64,000 nt of DNA. Source: Arenicellales bacterium (lineage in GTDB: Bacteria; Pseudomonadota; Gammaproteobacteria; Arenicellales; JAJDZL01). Made by a program: the position numbers and the translations under genes. The notes below the pieces were generated by a model. It saw nothing but the letters and a program-made list of their open reading frames with translations, had not been told where the DNA came from and did no database searches. The stretch covers positions 2,285,824-2,349,823 of the forward strand of contig CBDBFX010000002.1 in the NCBI GenBank assembly GCA_965205205.1, written 5' to 3'. Below, piece by piece: positions 1 to 11,077 of the stretch. Numbering within the stretch: position 1 is the first letter of the stretch; every line of letters begins with the position of its first letter.

Positions 1-88
1 TCACGTCCCTGTCGCGCGTTGCCGAGCCGGTGCGACTGATTGATTGGATCGATCGCACCGACACTGCCGAACGAAACAGGCGTTTGGA

Positions 89-1438
89 TTACGCTGCACC
101 TAGCACATCAATGGTGGCCGCTCGCAGAATGGCGGCCAGTCGATCAAGCTCGGATTCTTCAATGACGATCGGTGGTGCAATGCAGAATACATCGCCACGT
201 ACCCGGCTGAACAGGCCGCGTTCAATTGCCGCATGCAAAATCTTTTCGCCGATTTTATCGGCCGGATCAAAGGCTTCTTTCGTCGACTTATCCTTGACGT
301 ATTCAACACCGTAAATCAGGCCTAGGCCACGGATATCTCCGACATGCGGGTGGTCGCCCAGCGCACTGGTCAGATTTTCCTTCAGTCGCTGACCTTTTTC
401 GGCCGCCTGTTTGGGAAAATTCTCATCTTCAATCAGATCGATCATGGCACAGGCGATTGCGCTGCCAATTGGATGGGCACTGTACGTATAGGCATGCATG
501 AAAGGTTCCGAACTGGCTTCCATCGCATCGGCCAAATCGTCGCTGATGCCGATTCCACCGAACGGAAAATACCCTGAGGTGATCGCTTTCGCAAATTGAA
601 CGATATCGGGCTGTATGTTCCAATGTTCCAGAGCAAACATTTTCCCCGTTCGGCCGAAACCGGTGATCACTTCATCGGCGACCAGCAGCACTTCGTAATG
701 ATCGCAGATTTCACGAATTCGCGGGAAGTAGTCATCCTGCGGGGGAATAACCCCTCCCGATCCCTGAACGGGTTCAGCAATGAACATGGCCACGGTCTCA
801 GGTCCTTCCTCGAGAATTCGCTTTTCAAGTTCATTCGCTGCGGCGATCCCTTGAGAGACGCCGGCATCGGTCGATTCATACCGGTAAGGATAAGGGGATG
901 GGATATGGGAGAATCCTGGGATGCGCGGCTCAAACATCGGCCAGTATACGGGCATGCCGGTTGCGCACATTGCGGCGAAAGTTACGCCGTGATATCCCAG
1001 CATCCGCGAGATGACCTTTGTTTTTTTGGGTTGTCCTTTCAGTTTCCAGTAATATCTGGACATCTTGATTGAGGAATCCGTCGCCTCACCACCACCGGAG
1101 GTCAGGTAGAAATGATTGATCTGCGGGTAACAGATCCGTGCGAGTTTTCCAGCGAGTTCAATCGCCCTATCGTTTGAACTGCCGATATAGCCCGATGCGT
1201 AGGGCAGTTTTGCATATTGAGCCGCCGCCGCGTCAATCAGCCGGGTGGCGCTGTGACCTGCGGTATTGTTCCAAAGTCCGGCCAATCCGTCAATATATTC
1301 TTTGCCATCTGAGTCGACGATGGTGGAGCCATGGCCCTCCACCCAGATTCTGGCATTGTCATGCGCACCGTGTGCGTGCAGAGGATGGATCAGGTGATTC
1401 TGATCCATTGCCAACATTTCGGCACTTGTGGATTTCAT
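89..1438 (-). CDS. Class-III PLP-dependent aminotransferase (omega-amino acid:pyruvate type)
   Basis: 449-aa ORF with family-typical strings GLWNNTAGH, ADEVITGFGRTG and the PLP-lysine context FAKAITSGYFP. Substrate cannot be assigned from sequence alone. Confidence 0.85.
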   Translation of the reverse strand: MKSTSAEMLAMDQNHLIHPLHAHGAHDNARIWVEGHGSTIVDSDGKEYIDGLAGLWNNTAGHSATRLIDAAAAQYAKLPYASGYIGSSNDRAIELAGKLARICYPQINHFYLTSGGGEATDSSIKMSRYYWKLKGQPKKTKVISRMLGYHGVTFAAMCATGMPVYWPMFEPRIPGFSHIPSPYPYRYESTDAGVSQGIAAANELEKRILEEGPETVAMFIAEPVQGSGGVIPPQDDYFPRIREICDHYEVLLVADEVITGFGRTGKMFALEHWNIQPDIVQFAKAITSGYFPFGGIGISDDLADAMEASSEPFMHAYTYSAHPIGSAIACAMIDLIEDENFPKQAAEKGQRLKENLTSALGDHPHVGDIRGLGLIYGVEYVKDKSTKEAFDPADKIGEKILHAAIERGLFSRVRGDVFCIAPPIVIEESELDRLAAILRAATIDVLGAA

Positions 1439-2107
1439 TTCAGTTGGTCTCCCGCTAATTGGTCATACCGGCGCGACGCGCGCCATTCAGTAAAACTTCG
1501 TTTGAATGCAATGGACCCAGTAACGAAACACATCATGCATCGACCGATGCAATCCGAACATTCGCTCGTGAAACTCCCGACCGATGCAGATCCGGTGCAA
1601 GCCATAAGCTGATGGATTTCAGATGACGTGGCCTTCAATGACAACCCGGATGATGCCGGGAGTGTATCAAATGGGGTCCAATCGTCTCTGCCGGTTGCAA
1701 TGACAGTTGCTTTTTCAGTGTAGCGTTACCGGTGGAGTAGCTGATCGTTGGCTTCATTTCCCTGAATCGAGCTCATTGCAAGGTTCAATGATATAGCACG
1801 ATTCGGCCTGTCGTTCACCAATTTCCAAATCCCATGGAGCCTTTCAGTTTTTTTTTACTGAATCGAAAATGGCCCTGGAATTGATTGCCTGCCTGTCAGA
1901 ATCGGTCGATATGGCGGTTGGTCAGGTGGGAATCGGCATTCGTTTCTGATCTCCGGTCCATGCTTCAGATGCTCAAATTGGAGACCGCGTAATGGCCACC
2001 GCTGAGACGGGAGTAGCATGTCAGGCGTCAATATATGGTATTATCTGATCAAGTATCGAATCAAACCGATCATTGGATTATCAACAAATTGAAACGAGGT
2101 GAAGACT

Positions 2108-3493
2108 ATGAAAAGGCTTGTTGTATTTTTTCTGGCTTTGAGTATGCCATTTTTCTTCGCTCTGCCAACTCAGGCGGACGAAACCTGCATGTCGCCCTAC
2201 ATCGCAAAAATCACGGGTCAAGAAGACTATGTTTATGTCTGGACGCTCGGCGTTGAGGGAGTCGGCGACGAGCAGGATAAATTGGTAACGATTGGTACCA
2301 ATCCGGCGGCTGATAACTATGGACAGATTGTTCATGTGCTTTCGGTGGGCGGTCGAAATGAAGCCCATCACTCCGGGTTGACGGATGATCGTCGATATCT
2401 CTGGGCCGGGGGACTGGATACCAACAAAATCTTCATTTTCGACATACACAGTGATCCGGCCGAACCGAAGATCGCCAAGGTCATCACCGACTTTGCAGAA
2501 GCTACCGGTGGCCTGGTCGGTCCGCATACATTCTACGCCCTGCCTGGCCGGATGATGGTGACCGCTCTTTCCAACAACGTTGACAACGGCGGTCGCACGG
2601 GTATGGCGGAATACAACAATGATGGCGAGTACATTGCAACCCATTGGATTCCGACGGACCAGGACCTTCGCGGCGCGATGAAAACCGGCCAATTTGCCGA
2701 CGGATATGGCTATGACGTTCGAGTGAAGGCGGATCTCAACATCATGCTGACGTCTTCGTTTACCGGCTGGTCGAACTATATGATGGATTTTGGTGCGATG
2801 CTGAGTTCTCCTGAAGCGATGCAGCGATTTGGCAATACGATGGTCGTCTGGGACATGCACGCTCGTAAACCGCTGAAAGTCCTTGATGTACCGGGAGTGC
2901 CGCTGGAAATTCGATGTGCCTGGGATCCAGACCACCGATATTGCTTTACCAGCACCGCTCTCACCTCCCAGATCTGGTTGATCTATGAAGACGACGCCGG
3001 CGAGTGGCAGGCCAAAGCTGTTGCCGATATCGGAAACCCCGCTGATGTACCGTTGCCTGTCGATATTTCAATCACGGCTGATGATACGGGTCTTTGGGTG
3101 GATACGTTCCTGGAAGGTAAGGCGCGTTATTTTGACATATCGGACCCGCATGCACCGAAGCAGGTGTACGAACAAGTCATCGGCAGCCAGATTAACATGG
3201 TTTCCCAGAGTTGGGATGGAGAACGGGTGTATTTTTCCAGCTCGCTGCTCGGTAACTGGGATAAGACCGGCGACGCCGACGAGCAGTATGTCAAACTTTA
3301 TCACTGGGATGGTGAAACTTTGGAACACCAGTGGTCCATCGATTTTTACGAGCACGGTCTTGGTCGTGCGCATCAGATGCGCTTTGGTTCCTATGCCATG
3401 TATGGCCTGACCAATCCACACGATGATGCCACGCGAGTCGTTCAGAGTGAGCAGACGGGCGAAGAGCTGGTGAAGGTTCAAGCTGACAGTTGA
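2108..3493 (+). CDS. mtoX: Selenium-binding-protein (SBP56) family protein, methanethiol oxidase-like, with N-terminal signal peptide
   Basis: The ORF track starts at GTG 2099. ATG 2108 is preferred because GAGGTG lies 5-6 nt upstream. Hydrophobic signal LVVFFLALSMPFFFALPTQA. SBP56-like strings (GPHTFYALPGRMMVTALSN). Followed by SCO1/SenC and MauG-like genes, the synteny reported for mtoX. Confidence 0.75.
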   Translation: MKRLVVFFLALSMPFFFALPTQADETCMSPYIAKITGQEDYVYVWTLGVEGVGDEQDKLVTIGTNPAADNYGQIVHVLSVGGRNEAHHSGLTDDRRYLWAGGLDTNKIFIFDIHSDPAEPKIAKVITDFAEATGGLVGPHTFYALPGRMMVTALSNNVDNGGRTGMAEYNNDGEYIATHWIPTDQDLRGAMKTGQFADGYGYDVRVKADLNIMLTSSFTGWSNYMMDFGAMLSSPEAMQRFGNTMVVWDMHARKPLKVLDVPGVPLEIRCAWDPDHRYCFTSTALTSQIWLIYEDDAGEWQAKAVADIGNPADVPLPVDISITADDTGLWVDTFLEGKARYFDISDPHAPKQVYEQVIGSQINMVSQSWDGERVYFSSSLLGNWDKTGDADEQYVKLYHWDGETLEHQWSIDFYEHGLGRAHQMRFGSYAMYGLTNPHDDATRVVQSEQTGEELVKVQADS

Positions 3494-3544
3494 CCCATTT
3501 CCTGGCGGATAACCCTCCCTCAATCACCGATTCCTGGAGCGTCT

Positions 3545-4255
3545 GTGAGTCAGTTGGTTCTGCCGATGCGACTGGTATTGCTACTGCCGGTAGCGGTCTG
3601 CTTATTTGTGATCGTTGCCGCCGACGTACCGGCCAGCAGTCCGTTCAGAGCGCCGGGATGGGGCGATCTGCCCTACGAACCACCGAAGCCAGGCACTTAC
3701 AGGTTGCCGGTCATCAAACATGCGACCGACGGAGAAGTATTGACGAGCGATGACTCTCCGTCTCGCCTGTTTGATCTGATGGCTGACAGGTTGACGGTAT
3801 TGAGTTTCATTTTCACGCGCTGTACCGACGAAAACGGCTGTCCTTTGGCCAATGCGGTTTTGTATAAAGTGCAGGCCCGGCTGAATCAGCGACCCGAGAT
3901 GGCACAGCAGGTGTCGCTGCTGACCATATCGTTTGATCCTGAACATGATACGCCTGAGGTTCTTTCGGCGATGAAGACTCTGTTCAGCGAGGGGTCGGAT
4001 GATTGGCAGTTTCTCACCACCCGTAATGCGGCGACTCTGCAGCCCATCATTGATGGCTATGGACAATACCCGGTACGGGTCGAGCATCACGGTAACCATG
4101 GTGAGGATATTGTCGAGTACATTCACCTGCTGCGCGTCTACCTGATTGATCGAGAGAAACAGATCCGAAACATCTACAGTGTTGGATTCCTGCACCCTGA
4201 TATCCTGATGAATGACCTCGAGACTCTGCTGATGGAGCCGCAGTCAACGCCGTAG
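3545..4255 (+). CDS. SCO1/SenC-family copper chaperone / thioredoxin-fold protein
   Basis: 236-aa ORF with GTG start and GGAG 7 nt upstream. N-terminal membrane anchor. SCO-like Cys pair region FIFTRCTDENGCPLAN and a distal conserved His (EYIHLLRVYLID). Lies 51 nt after the mtoX stop. Confidence 0.75.
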   Translation: MSQLVLPMRLVLLLPVAVCLFVIVAADVPASSPFRAPGWGDLPYEPPKPGTYRLPVIKHATDGEVLTSDDSPSRLFDLMADRLTVLSFIFTRCTDENGCPLANAVLYKVQARLNQRPEMAQQVSLLTISFDPEHDTPEVLSAMKTLFSEGSDDWQFLTTRNAATLQPIIDGYGQYPVRVEHHGNHGEDIVEYIHLLRVYLIDREKQIRNIYSVGFLHPDILMNDLETLLMEPQSTP

Positions 4256-4261
4256 GCGCCG

Positions 4262-5629
4262 ATGCGGCACTCGTTACACATTCTCGTATTAGCCATCGTA
4301 TGCGGCTGTTTCTTTTCGGTTGCCACATCCGATGAGGTGGTCGCGCAGACCAGTGGTGATCTTGAATCCGGAGAGGAATTTGATGTCAGCCAGGCTTTCG
4401 GACCCGGAGACGTCAAAGAAGGCTATGAGAGTGCCGATTATCAGACGCAGTCGCGCAGTCTGCTGAACCGCAGAGGCAGCAGGCAGGATCTCATTCAGCT
4501 CGTTGAAACCCCACCGCTCGGGTTGCCGCCCGTGCCAGTCCCATCCAACAATCCGCTGACACGCGCCAAGATTGACTTGGGCCGTCAGTTGTTTTTCGAT
4601 CGCCGGCTGTCGATCAACAACACCGTTTCCTGTGCCAACTGCCATATTCCAGAGCAGGGCTTTACAAACAATGAGATCAGTACCGCAGTCGGGGTTGAAG
4701 GCCGACTGGTCATCAGAAACGCACCGACGATCTACAATGTCGCTTATCTGAAACACATATTTCTTGATGGGCGGGAAATCGGTCTCGAAACTCAGGTCTG
4801 GCAGCCGATCACCGCACGCAATGAAATGGCCGCCCCGTCGATTGGTTACGTAATCAACAAAATCAGGCGCATCAGGGACTATGATGGACTCTTTGAAGCG
4901 GCGTTTGAGGGTCGCCCGCCGGATATGGCAGCGATTGGCGACGCGCTCGCCAGCTATCAGCGTACCCTACTGTCTGCGGACTCTCCCTTCGATCGGTGGT
5001 ATTTTGGAAACGATGATGATGCCATCACCGAATCTGCAAAACGGGGTTTCGAGATATTCGCTGGCAAAGGCCAATGTGCGGTCTGTCACCGCATACAGAC
5101 GGACCACGCGCTGTTTCTGGATCACCAGTTTCACAATACTGGGATTGGTTATGCGGTTTCAAGAGCGGAAAAGCCGGCGCAGAAACGGAAAAGCATCCGC
5201 GTCCAACTCGCGCCAGGCGTATTTACTGAAGTCGCCAGTGAAACGATTCAATCCGTTTCGAGAATCAAGAGTTTCAACGATCTCGGCCTGTATCGGGTTA
5301 CTGAAAATCCAGCTGACCGCTGGAAGTTTCGTACGCAGACGCTGCGCAATATTGCGCTGACCGCGCCTTATATGCACAATGGAGAATTTGGTACGCTGAG
5401 GGAGGTCATTGACTTTTACGACCGTGGCGGTATACCGAATGAACTGCTGTCGCCGTTGATCCGTCCGCTCGGTATGAGCGGGGTTGAAAAGGACGACCTT
5501 GAAGCGTTTCTGAAGTCGCTGACCGGCAGCAATGTGCCACAGATCGTTGCCGATGCCTTTGCCGCTCAGATCGGCGAGCTAAGCGTGGATGATCCGAACT
5601 GGGCACACGAGAATACACTGGGTTATTGA
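4262..5629 (+). CDS. MauG-like di-haem cytochrome c peroxidase family protein
   Basis: 455-aa ORF with a signal peptide and two CxxCH haem motifs (CANCH, CAVCH) at the spacing typical of the CCP/MauG family. Starts 6 nt after the SCO1-like stop. Confidence 0.85.
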   Translation: MRHSLHILVLAIVCGCFFSVATSDEVVAQTSGDLESGEEFDVSQAFGPGDVKEGYESADYQTQSRSLLNRRGSRQDLIQLVETPPLGLPPVPVPSNNPLTRAKIDLGRQLFFDRRLSINNTVSCANCHIPEQGFTNNEISTAVGVEGRLVIRNAPTIYNVAYLKHIFLDGREIGLETQVWQPITARNEMAAPSIGYVINKIRRIRDYDGLFEAAFEGRPPDMAAIGDALASYQRTLLSADSPFDRWYFGNDDDAITESAKRGFEIFAGKGQCAVCHRIQTDHALFLDHQFHNTGIGYAVSRAEKPAQKRKSIRVQLAPGVFTEVASETIQSVSRIKSFNDLGLYRVTENPADRWKFRTQTLRNIALTAPYMHNGEFGTLREVIDFYDRGGIPNELLSPLIRPLGMSGVEKDDLEAFLKSLTGSNVPQIVADAFAAQIGELSVDDPNWAHENTLGY

Positions 5630-5782
5630 ACGGGACTAAGTGGTTGATATGGGCCTACATGATGAATTGCAGGTCCATACCGTCGGACCCAGATGAAATC
5701 CTGCCTGCCTTCTGTTCTGATAAATATGATCGAGGCTGGTAACTTGTCAGCACTTTGCGGTATCGCTCATCAACTTAAATTT

Positions 5783-6142
5783 CTAGATGTGTTCTTCAAC
5801 TCCTCTCCAAGAGGAATTAGCCGCCAGTTGATGCGCTATATCTCGCTTAATATCTTTGTTTTCAATGGCATCATCGGGTATCTGTATATCTGCATGGTAC
5901 GGAATTTCACGAATTGGTGTCACCTTGACACTACAATTCAAACTATAAATTCTTTTTACTGAAATAACCGCCCAACCGTAGAAATTTCTATTTTCTCCTC
6001 GTTCAGTTGCCACTCTCCTTGCTATTATGATGGCCTTCTCTTTCGGAGCAATGCCAATCTTATCAACAGAAATGTACTTTTTTCCTATCTTTTCTAAAAA
6101 AAACTGAGTAGGAAAATCCATTCTTTGCCGCTCTTCTGGCAT
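5783..6142 (-). CDS. Hypothetical protein (AT-rich islet)
   Basis: 119-aa ORF in a visibly AT-rich segment. Co-oriented with, and 60 nt downstream of, ORF 6203-6670. I recognise no family. Confidence 0.45.
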   Translation of the reverse strand: MPEERQRMDFPTQFFLEKIGKKYISVDKIGIAPKEKAIIIARRVATERGENRNFYGWAVISVKRIYSLNCSVKVTPIREIPYHADIQIPDDAIENKDIKRDIAHQLAANSSWRGVEEHI

Positions 6143-6202
6143 TTGAACTTGAGAATACTTATCGACCTAGATTTTCTTCTTGATTGAGCGTGTCGTTAAT
6201 GG

Positions 6203-6670
6203 TCAATCAGCTTGTTCCTTTGTGTTCTTTAACTCTAAAAGCGCTTCCATTATGAATCCATCAGGAAGTCCTGCCGAAGTAGAATAACGAGCCCTGCGAC
6301 TGCTGTCCAGAATGCTGACAAGACATAGAATACTCCCATCCGAATCACATATGACAACTACAGATTTTCGAAAACCAACTTGTGCATGGATAGATACTTC
6401 ACCCATCTGTGCGGGAAATATTTCATAACAAATCGGATAAATCTTATACATTTCCAACAACAGCTGTCGTGCATTCTTTATCGCCAATTCATTGGGAATT
6501 TCAAACCCTTCCTCCTGAGCCTCGTCTTTCACGCCATTCAATTGGTTCAGCGCATATTGCAAATCTGGTGTTGCCTGATTGTACAGCAAGGGCAACCACA
6601 GGTCGATAATGGAAGAATCATCTGTCAATTCTGATGACGGGTTGCTAAATGATCTAAAGATGTATCCCAA
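6203..6670 (-). CDS. Hypothetical protein (AT-rich islet)
   Basis: 155-aa ORF preceded by ~560 bp of very AT-rich non-coding DNA. No recognisable motifs. Confidence 0.45.
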   Translation of the reverse strand: MGYIFRSFSNPSSELTDDSSIIDLWLPLLYNQATPDLQYALNQLNGVKDEAQEEGFEIPNELAIKNARQLLLEMYKIYPICYEIFPAQMGEVSIHAQVGFRKSVVVICDSDGSILCLVSILDSSRRARYSTSAGLPDGFIMEALLELKNTKEQAD

Positions 6671-7232
6671 TCCAAGTTCTGTTGTATCACAGAAATTCTT
6701 TCTGATTCCGCTTGAATGGTTATTTGTTTGCCAAGATTGATGGTTGAAAAAATTGGTGTAAGATTGGTCTTGTCATGTTGGATATCATCCGTATCTGGGG
6801 CAACTAAAATAATACTGAATTCAATCAGTTTTAATTCCGAACCTGAAGATTGATTTTTTATATTTTGTATTCATAGTAAATACACAATTGTATAGTACCT
6901 AGGTTTAGGACAGATCACGTATAACCATTGGTCTCATACTGTAACTTGGATATACTACGACCAAAAATATTTTTTCAGATTTTAGGATATGGTGTGTGAC
7001 TTAAACCGAATACACTCCAATTGGCTCCGGTCTTTGATTAATGGAAACTATTTTTTGTGGAATCCAGATGAAAAGGTTTTAATATAATCACTGAAATGAT
7101 CGAAAAATTGTGCAGATACGTATTGTATTCTCTATCGCAGCTGCCTTGAGAAGATAGAGTTGATGCAATGCGTTTTTTTTCGAATTTCACAAATCCCTTC
7201 TCAATCAGTACCCATTCCTAGGATCCAAATCT

Positions 7233-7439
7233 ATGCAGGAAAATCATTCTGAGAATATTCAGTTAAGGATAGAAGAACTAAAGACAGAGCATCGGGACCT
7301 TGACGATGTTCTAAAACGGCTGGCGAATGATCGCAACACGGATGAATTACAAATTCGACGTCTGAAAAAACGGAAGCTTCAGCTCAAAGATTCCATCACC
7401 ATGCTGGAAAGCCAGGCTTTGCCGGACATATCCGCCTGA
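7233..7439 (+). CDS. DUF465 (YdcH-like) small coiled-coil protein
   Basis: 68 aa. The charged helical sequence ...EELKTEHRDLDDVLKRL...IRRLKKRKLQLKD is typical of the DUF465 family. Confidence 0.7.
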   Translation: MQENHSENIQLRIEELKTEHRDLDDVLKRLANDRNTDELQIRRLKKRKLQLKDSITMLESQALPDISA

Positions 7440-7495
7440 GTCCACAACCAAGGCGTGTTGAGAGGGTTGCCTTAATCTCGGGCAATCCCTCCTGA

Positions 7496-8806
7496 TCAGT
7501 ACCGGTAGTAATCCGGCTTGTAGGGGCCGTTGGCGGGTACGTTTATGTATTTGGCCTGTTCAGCCGTCAGCCGCGTCAGTTTGGCGCCGACTTTTTCCAG
7601 ATGCAATCGAGCGACTTCTTCATCTAGGATTTTTGGCAGAACGTAAACTTTATTCTCATAGCTGGTCAAGTTGTTCCACAACTCAATCTGCGCCAGAACC
7701 TGGTTGGTGAACGAATTCGACATCACAAAACTAGGATGCCCGGTCGCACACCCCAGATTGACCAGTCGGCCTTCAGCCAGCAGAATCAATCTTTTTTTGT
7801 CTGGGAAAATGACGTGATCAACCTGCGGCTTGATATTTTCCCACTGTAGACTGCGCAGCGACTCGACATCAATCTCGCCATCAAAGTGCCCGATGTTACA
7901 GACGATCGCCTGGTTTTTCATCGCCCGCATGTGATCCATCGTGATGACATGCCAGTTGCCGGTTGCAGTGATGAATAGGTCGGCGATTGATGCGGCCTCC
8001 TCCATGGTAACAACCCGAAAACCTTCCATCGCCGCCTGCAGTGCGCAGATGGGGTCGATTTCCGTAATCAGCACGTTGGCGCCCTGTCCTCTCAGTGACT
8101 GCGCACATCCCTTGCCAACATCACCATAACCGCAGACGACGGCAACCTTGCCTGCAACCATGACATCGGTGGCGCGTTTAATTCCATCTAACAGAGATTC
8201 CCGACAACCGTAAAGATTATCGAATTTGCTTTTGGTTACTGAATCATTGACGTTGAAAGCTGGACACAGCAGACGGTTCTGAGCCACCATTTCATTGAGA
8301 CGATGAACGCCGGTTGTCGTTTCTTCGGTCAGTCCTCGGATACCGTTCAGGAGCTGCGGATATTTTTCATGCATGACCAGCGTCAGATCACCACCATCAT
8401 CAAGGAGCATGTTTGGCCGCCAGTCATTCGGACCGAAAATCGTCTGATCGAGGCACCACCAGTATTCTTCTTCCGTTTCGCCTTTCCAGGCGAAGACAGG
8501 CGTTCCAGTTGCCGCGATGGCTGCTGCGGCATGGTCCTGAGTCGAAAAAATGTTGCATGATGACCATCTGACTTCAGCACCCAGCGTCTGCAGTGTCTCT
8601 ATGAGCACTGCGGTCTGGATGGTCATATGCAGGCAGCCAGTGATGCGGGCGCCTGCGAGAGGTTTGTCGACTGCATGATTGCGACGCAGTGTCATGAGCC
8701 CCGGCATTTCAGTTTCAGCTATGGCAATTTCCTTGCGTCCCCAGCTGGCGAGATTGATGTCGGCGACTTTGTAGTCCTGAATGACTGATTTCAGAGCGGT
8801 TGGCAT
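7496..8806 (-). CDS. ahcY: Adenosylhomocysteinase
   Basis: 436-aa ORF with full-length AhcY-like sequence ([18 protein letters not shown]-binding [10 protein letters not shown], DGHFDxEID-type region). Confidence 0.95.
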   Translation of the reverse strand: MPTALKSVIQDYKVADINLASWGRKEIAIAETEMPGLMTLRRNHAVDKPLAGARITGCLHMTIQTAVLIETLQTLGAEVRWSSCNIFSTQDHAAAAIAATGTPVFAWKGETEEEYWWCLDQTIFGPNDWRPNMLLDDGGDLTLVMHEKYPQLLNGIRGLTEETTTGVHRLNEMVAQNRLLCPAFNVNDSVTKSKFDNLYGCRESLLDGIKRATDVMVAGKVAVVCGYGDVGKGCAQSLRGQGANVLITEIDPICALQAAMEGFRVVTMEEAASIADLFITATGNWHVITMDHMRAMKNQAIVCNIGHFDGEIDVESLRSLQWENIKPQVDHVIFPDKKRLILLAEGRLVNLGCATGHPSFVMSNSFTNQVLAQIELWNNLTSYENKVYVLPKILDEEVARLHLEKVGAKLTRLTAEQAKYINVPANGPYKPDYYRY

Positions 8807-8855
8807 ATCGTCCGTTCCTTGTATGGTTGAAAATTAATGGTGGTCAGCGCTGTCG

Positions 8856-10064
8856 TCACTTGGCCGCCTGAATGAGGTCGTCGACCCGGTTCGTTCGTTC
8901 CCAGGAGAATTCATCTTCAGTCCGGCCGAAATGTCCGTAGGCAGCGGTTTTCTGATAAATAGGTCGCAGCAGATCCAGCTCTTTGATGATGTTCTTCGGC
9001 CGCAGATCGAACACTTCACGAACGATACGGGCGATTTTCCCGTCGTCCAATCCAGACTTGGCTGTACCGAAACTGTTGACCATCATCGAGACCGGTCGGG
9101 CGACGCCAATGGCGTAGGCGATCTGAATTTCACAGCGTTCGACCAATTTCGCCTGCACCAGATTTTTGGCTACATGACGTGCGGCATAGGCGGCTGAACG
9201 ATCGACTTTCGACGGGTCTTTACCGGAAAACGCGCCGCCACCATGGCGTGCCGTCCCGCCGTAAGTGTCGACGATGATTTTGCGCCCGGTTAACCCACAA
9301 TCCGCCTTCGGGCCACCTTCGATGAATTTTCCCGTCGGATTGATCAATATGCTTTCGTCGGAAGTCGGCATCCAGTGGCCTGAAATCACCGGTTTGATGA
9401 TCTCTTCAATCACGCCCTCCCGGATGGTCTCTCGATCAATCGAATGATGGTCATCGTGCTGGGTGGAGAGCACGATCTTCGAGATTGCGACAGGTCTACC
9501 GTCCTCATAAATTACGCTGACTTGGGCTTTCGCATCGGGGCGCAGCCAGCTGAGCGAACCATTCCTGCGAACCTCTGCCTGTCGCTGCATCAACCGATGA
9601 GCATAGGTAATCGGCAGCGGCATCAAAACGTCCGTTTCGTTGCATGCATAACCAAACATCAGACCCTGGTCGCCCGCTCCCTGCTCCTTGTCTTCTCCCT
9701 GCCCTTCATTCACACCGAGTGCGATATCCGGAGACTGTTCATTCAGTAGATTGGTCACCATGACTCTATTGCAGTTAAACCCCAGTTCATCACTGTCGTA
9801 TCCAATCTCCCTGATCGTGCCGCGTACGATTTGCGCATATTGGACAGCTTCTGCTTCCGTACTGACCTCGCCCGCAAGAATCGCGTGATGATCCGGCTCG
9901 CGGGCATTGCGGGCGATGGATTTGACCAGTGTCTCACAGCCTGCGCGGCTGTTTTTGTCTTTGGCGATCAATGCATCCAAGATTGCATCGGAAATCTGAT
10001 CCGCCATTTTGTCGGGGTGTCCTTCCGAGACTGATTCGGAGGTAAAAATAAAACTGTTGGGCAT
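8856..10064 (-). CDS. metK: S-adenosylmethionine synthase
   Basis: 402 aa. Classic MetK N-terminus [25 protein letters not shown] and [19 protein letters not shown] motif. Lies 49 nt upstream of ahcY on the same strand. Confidence 0.95.
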   Translation of the reverse strand: MPNSFIFTSESVSEGHPDKMADQISDAILDALIAKDKNSRAGCETLVKSIARNAREPDHHAILAGEVSTEAEAVQYAQIVRGTIREIGYDSDELGFNCNRVMVTNLLNEQSPDIALGVNEGQGEDKEQGAGDQGLMFGYACNETDVLMPLPITYAHRLMQRQAEVRRNGSLSWLRPDAKAQVSVIYEDGRPVAISKIVLSTQHDDHHSIDRETIREGVIEEIIKPVISGHWMPTSDESILINPTGKFIEGGPKADCGLTGRKIIVDTYGGTARHGGGAFSGKDPSKVDRSAAYAARHVAKNLVQAKLVERCEIQIAYAIGVARPVSMMVNSFGTAKSGLDDGKIARIVREVFDLRPKNIIKELDLLRPIYQKTAAYGHFGRTEDEFSWERTNRVDDLIQAAK

Positions 10065-10117
10065 TGATTTCTAGTCCGTTAACGATGCAAGTTGACTGGA
10101 GGGATTCATTTGAGCGT

Positions 10118-10670
10118 TCATTTTATCAATTTTTGTTTGTCTGACACACCGTCGAATGACGATGAATGCATCGGTAGCCCATCAAATCCATTGCAAAAGC
10201 ACTTCGTTGACTTGAGATCAACAAAAGGGCGCGGTGTAGTTTCCACTCGAACCAGATATAAGGGATCTTTTGGTGTATTCAATCCACCTGTACTGATATT
10301 TTCAGTTTGGAGTTCTGAATTTCTGTGAGCACCCGCGATTCGACTCCAACCGAGAATCCCGGTGGTCCCACCGACCCGTTGGAATTCGCCATCCGACACG
10401 ATTCTCAGCAGGCTGCTTTGTAAGTGGTGCGGCATGTCGTCGATCTCGTCAGATGCCGTTCTCACATAAGGCTCGCGCCACCCGTTCTTTATCGGTCTCC
10501 GGATTCACTGGTTATCAGCACATTCAGATTAGAATTAGTGAATGATTCGACCGCACAATGCAGATTTTGCATGGCTGTTGATTTGCCGGTCATCGTTTGT
10601 GGTGTACCGACTGCTTACGAATTGTTGGCAGTCATCGGCGATCACCACTTGACCAAATCAGAAGGAATGC
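10118..10670 (-). pseudogene. Decayed sigma54-dependent response regulator (NtrC/GlnG-like) relic
   Basis: Minus-strand fragments in different frames. The first is ..TGKSTAMQNLHCAVESFTNSNLNVLITSESGDR*, matching (I)GxSxAMQ...VLIxGESGTGKE but with a broken Walker A and a stop. The second is DEIDDMPHHLQSSLLRIVSDGEFQRVGGTTG, matching LDEIGDMPLxLQxKLLRVLqegeFeRVGG. Large internal deletions are present. Positioned where ntrBC normally follows glnA. Confidence 0.6.
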
Positions 10671-11028
10671 GCGTCCGTTGTCTTCGATTTCAATTCTAAC
10701 CGCACACTCAGGCGTCGCGTTTTTCCGCGCGTTGCCTGTCGTTCAACTCTTGATGAAAGCTTGATTACGTTGGTTTTCCGTAGGCTTTGGTGGTATCTCG
10801 CAACATGTTCTCAATTGTCATGCCCAAGTTCTGTAGCAGATGGAGAGAATTGACCGACGGATCTCCGGAGAAAGGTGCGAGCAAAGAATGGAGTGTCTCT
10901 GAGATTACTTATGGAGGTTGTCGTCTGCAGACAATGCGTTCTAATCCATGGACTGAATCGTGATGGAACATACCGACTTCTCAGCAGTCAGGGTGCCGGC
11001 CTGTTCACATCGATTCGCGGCGGATGAG

Positions 11029-11058
11029 GTACTGGCCGCGGGACGGATCAGCCAGTAC
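11029..11058 (-). terminator. Perfect 8-bp stem hairpin 20 nt downstream of the glnA stop (possible terminator or REP-like element)
   Basis: GTACTGGC-N14-GCCAGTAC. No U-tract follows, so terminator function is uncertain. Confidence 0.3.
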
Positions 11059-11077
11059 CACCCCCGATTCAGATCGT

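Noticed and set aside
8807-10117. Looked for SAH or SAM riboswitches upstream of ahcY and metK.
   Set aside because: The ahcY-metK gap is only 49 nt. The region upstream of metK shows none of the conserved SAM-II, SAM-I or SAH core motifs that I can recognise by eye. A covariance-model scan (Rfam/Infernal) would be needed for a firm negative.
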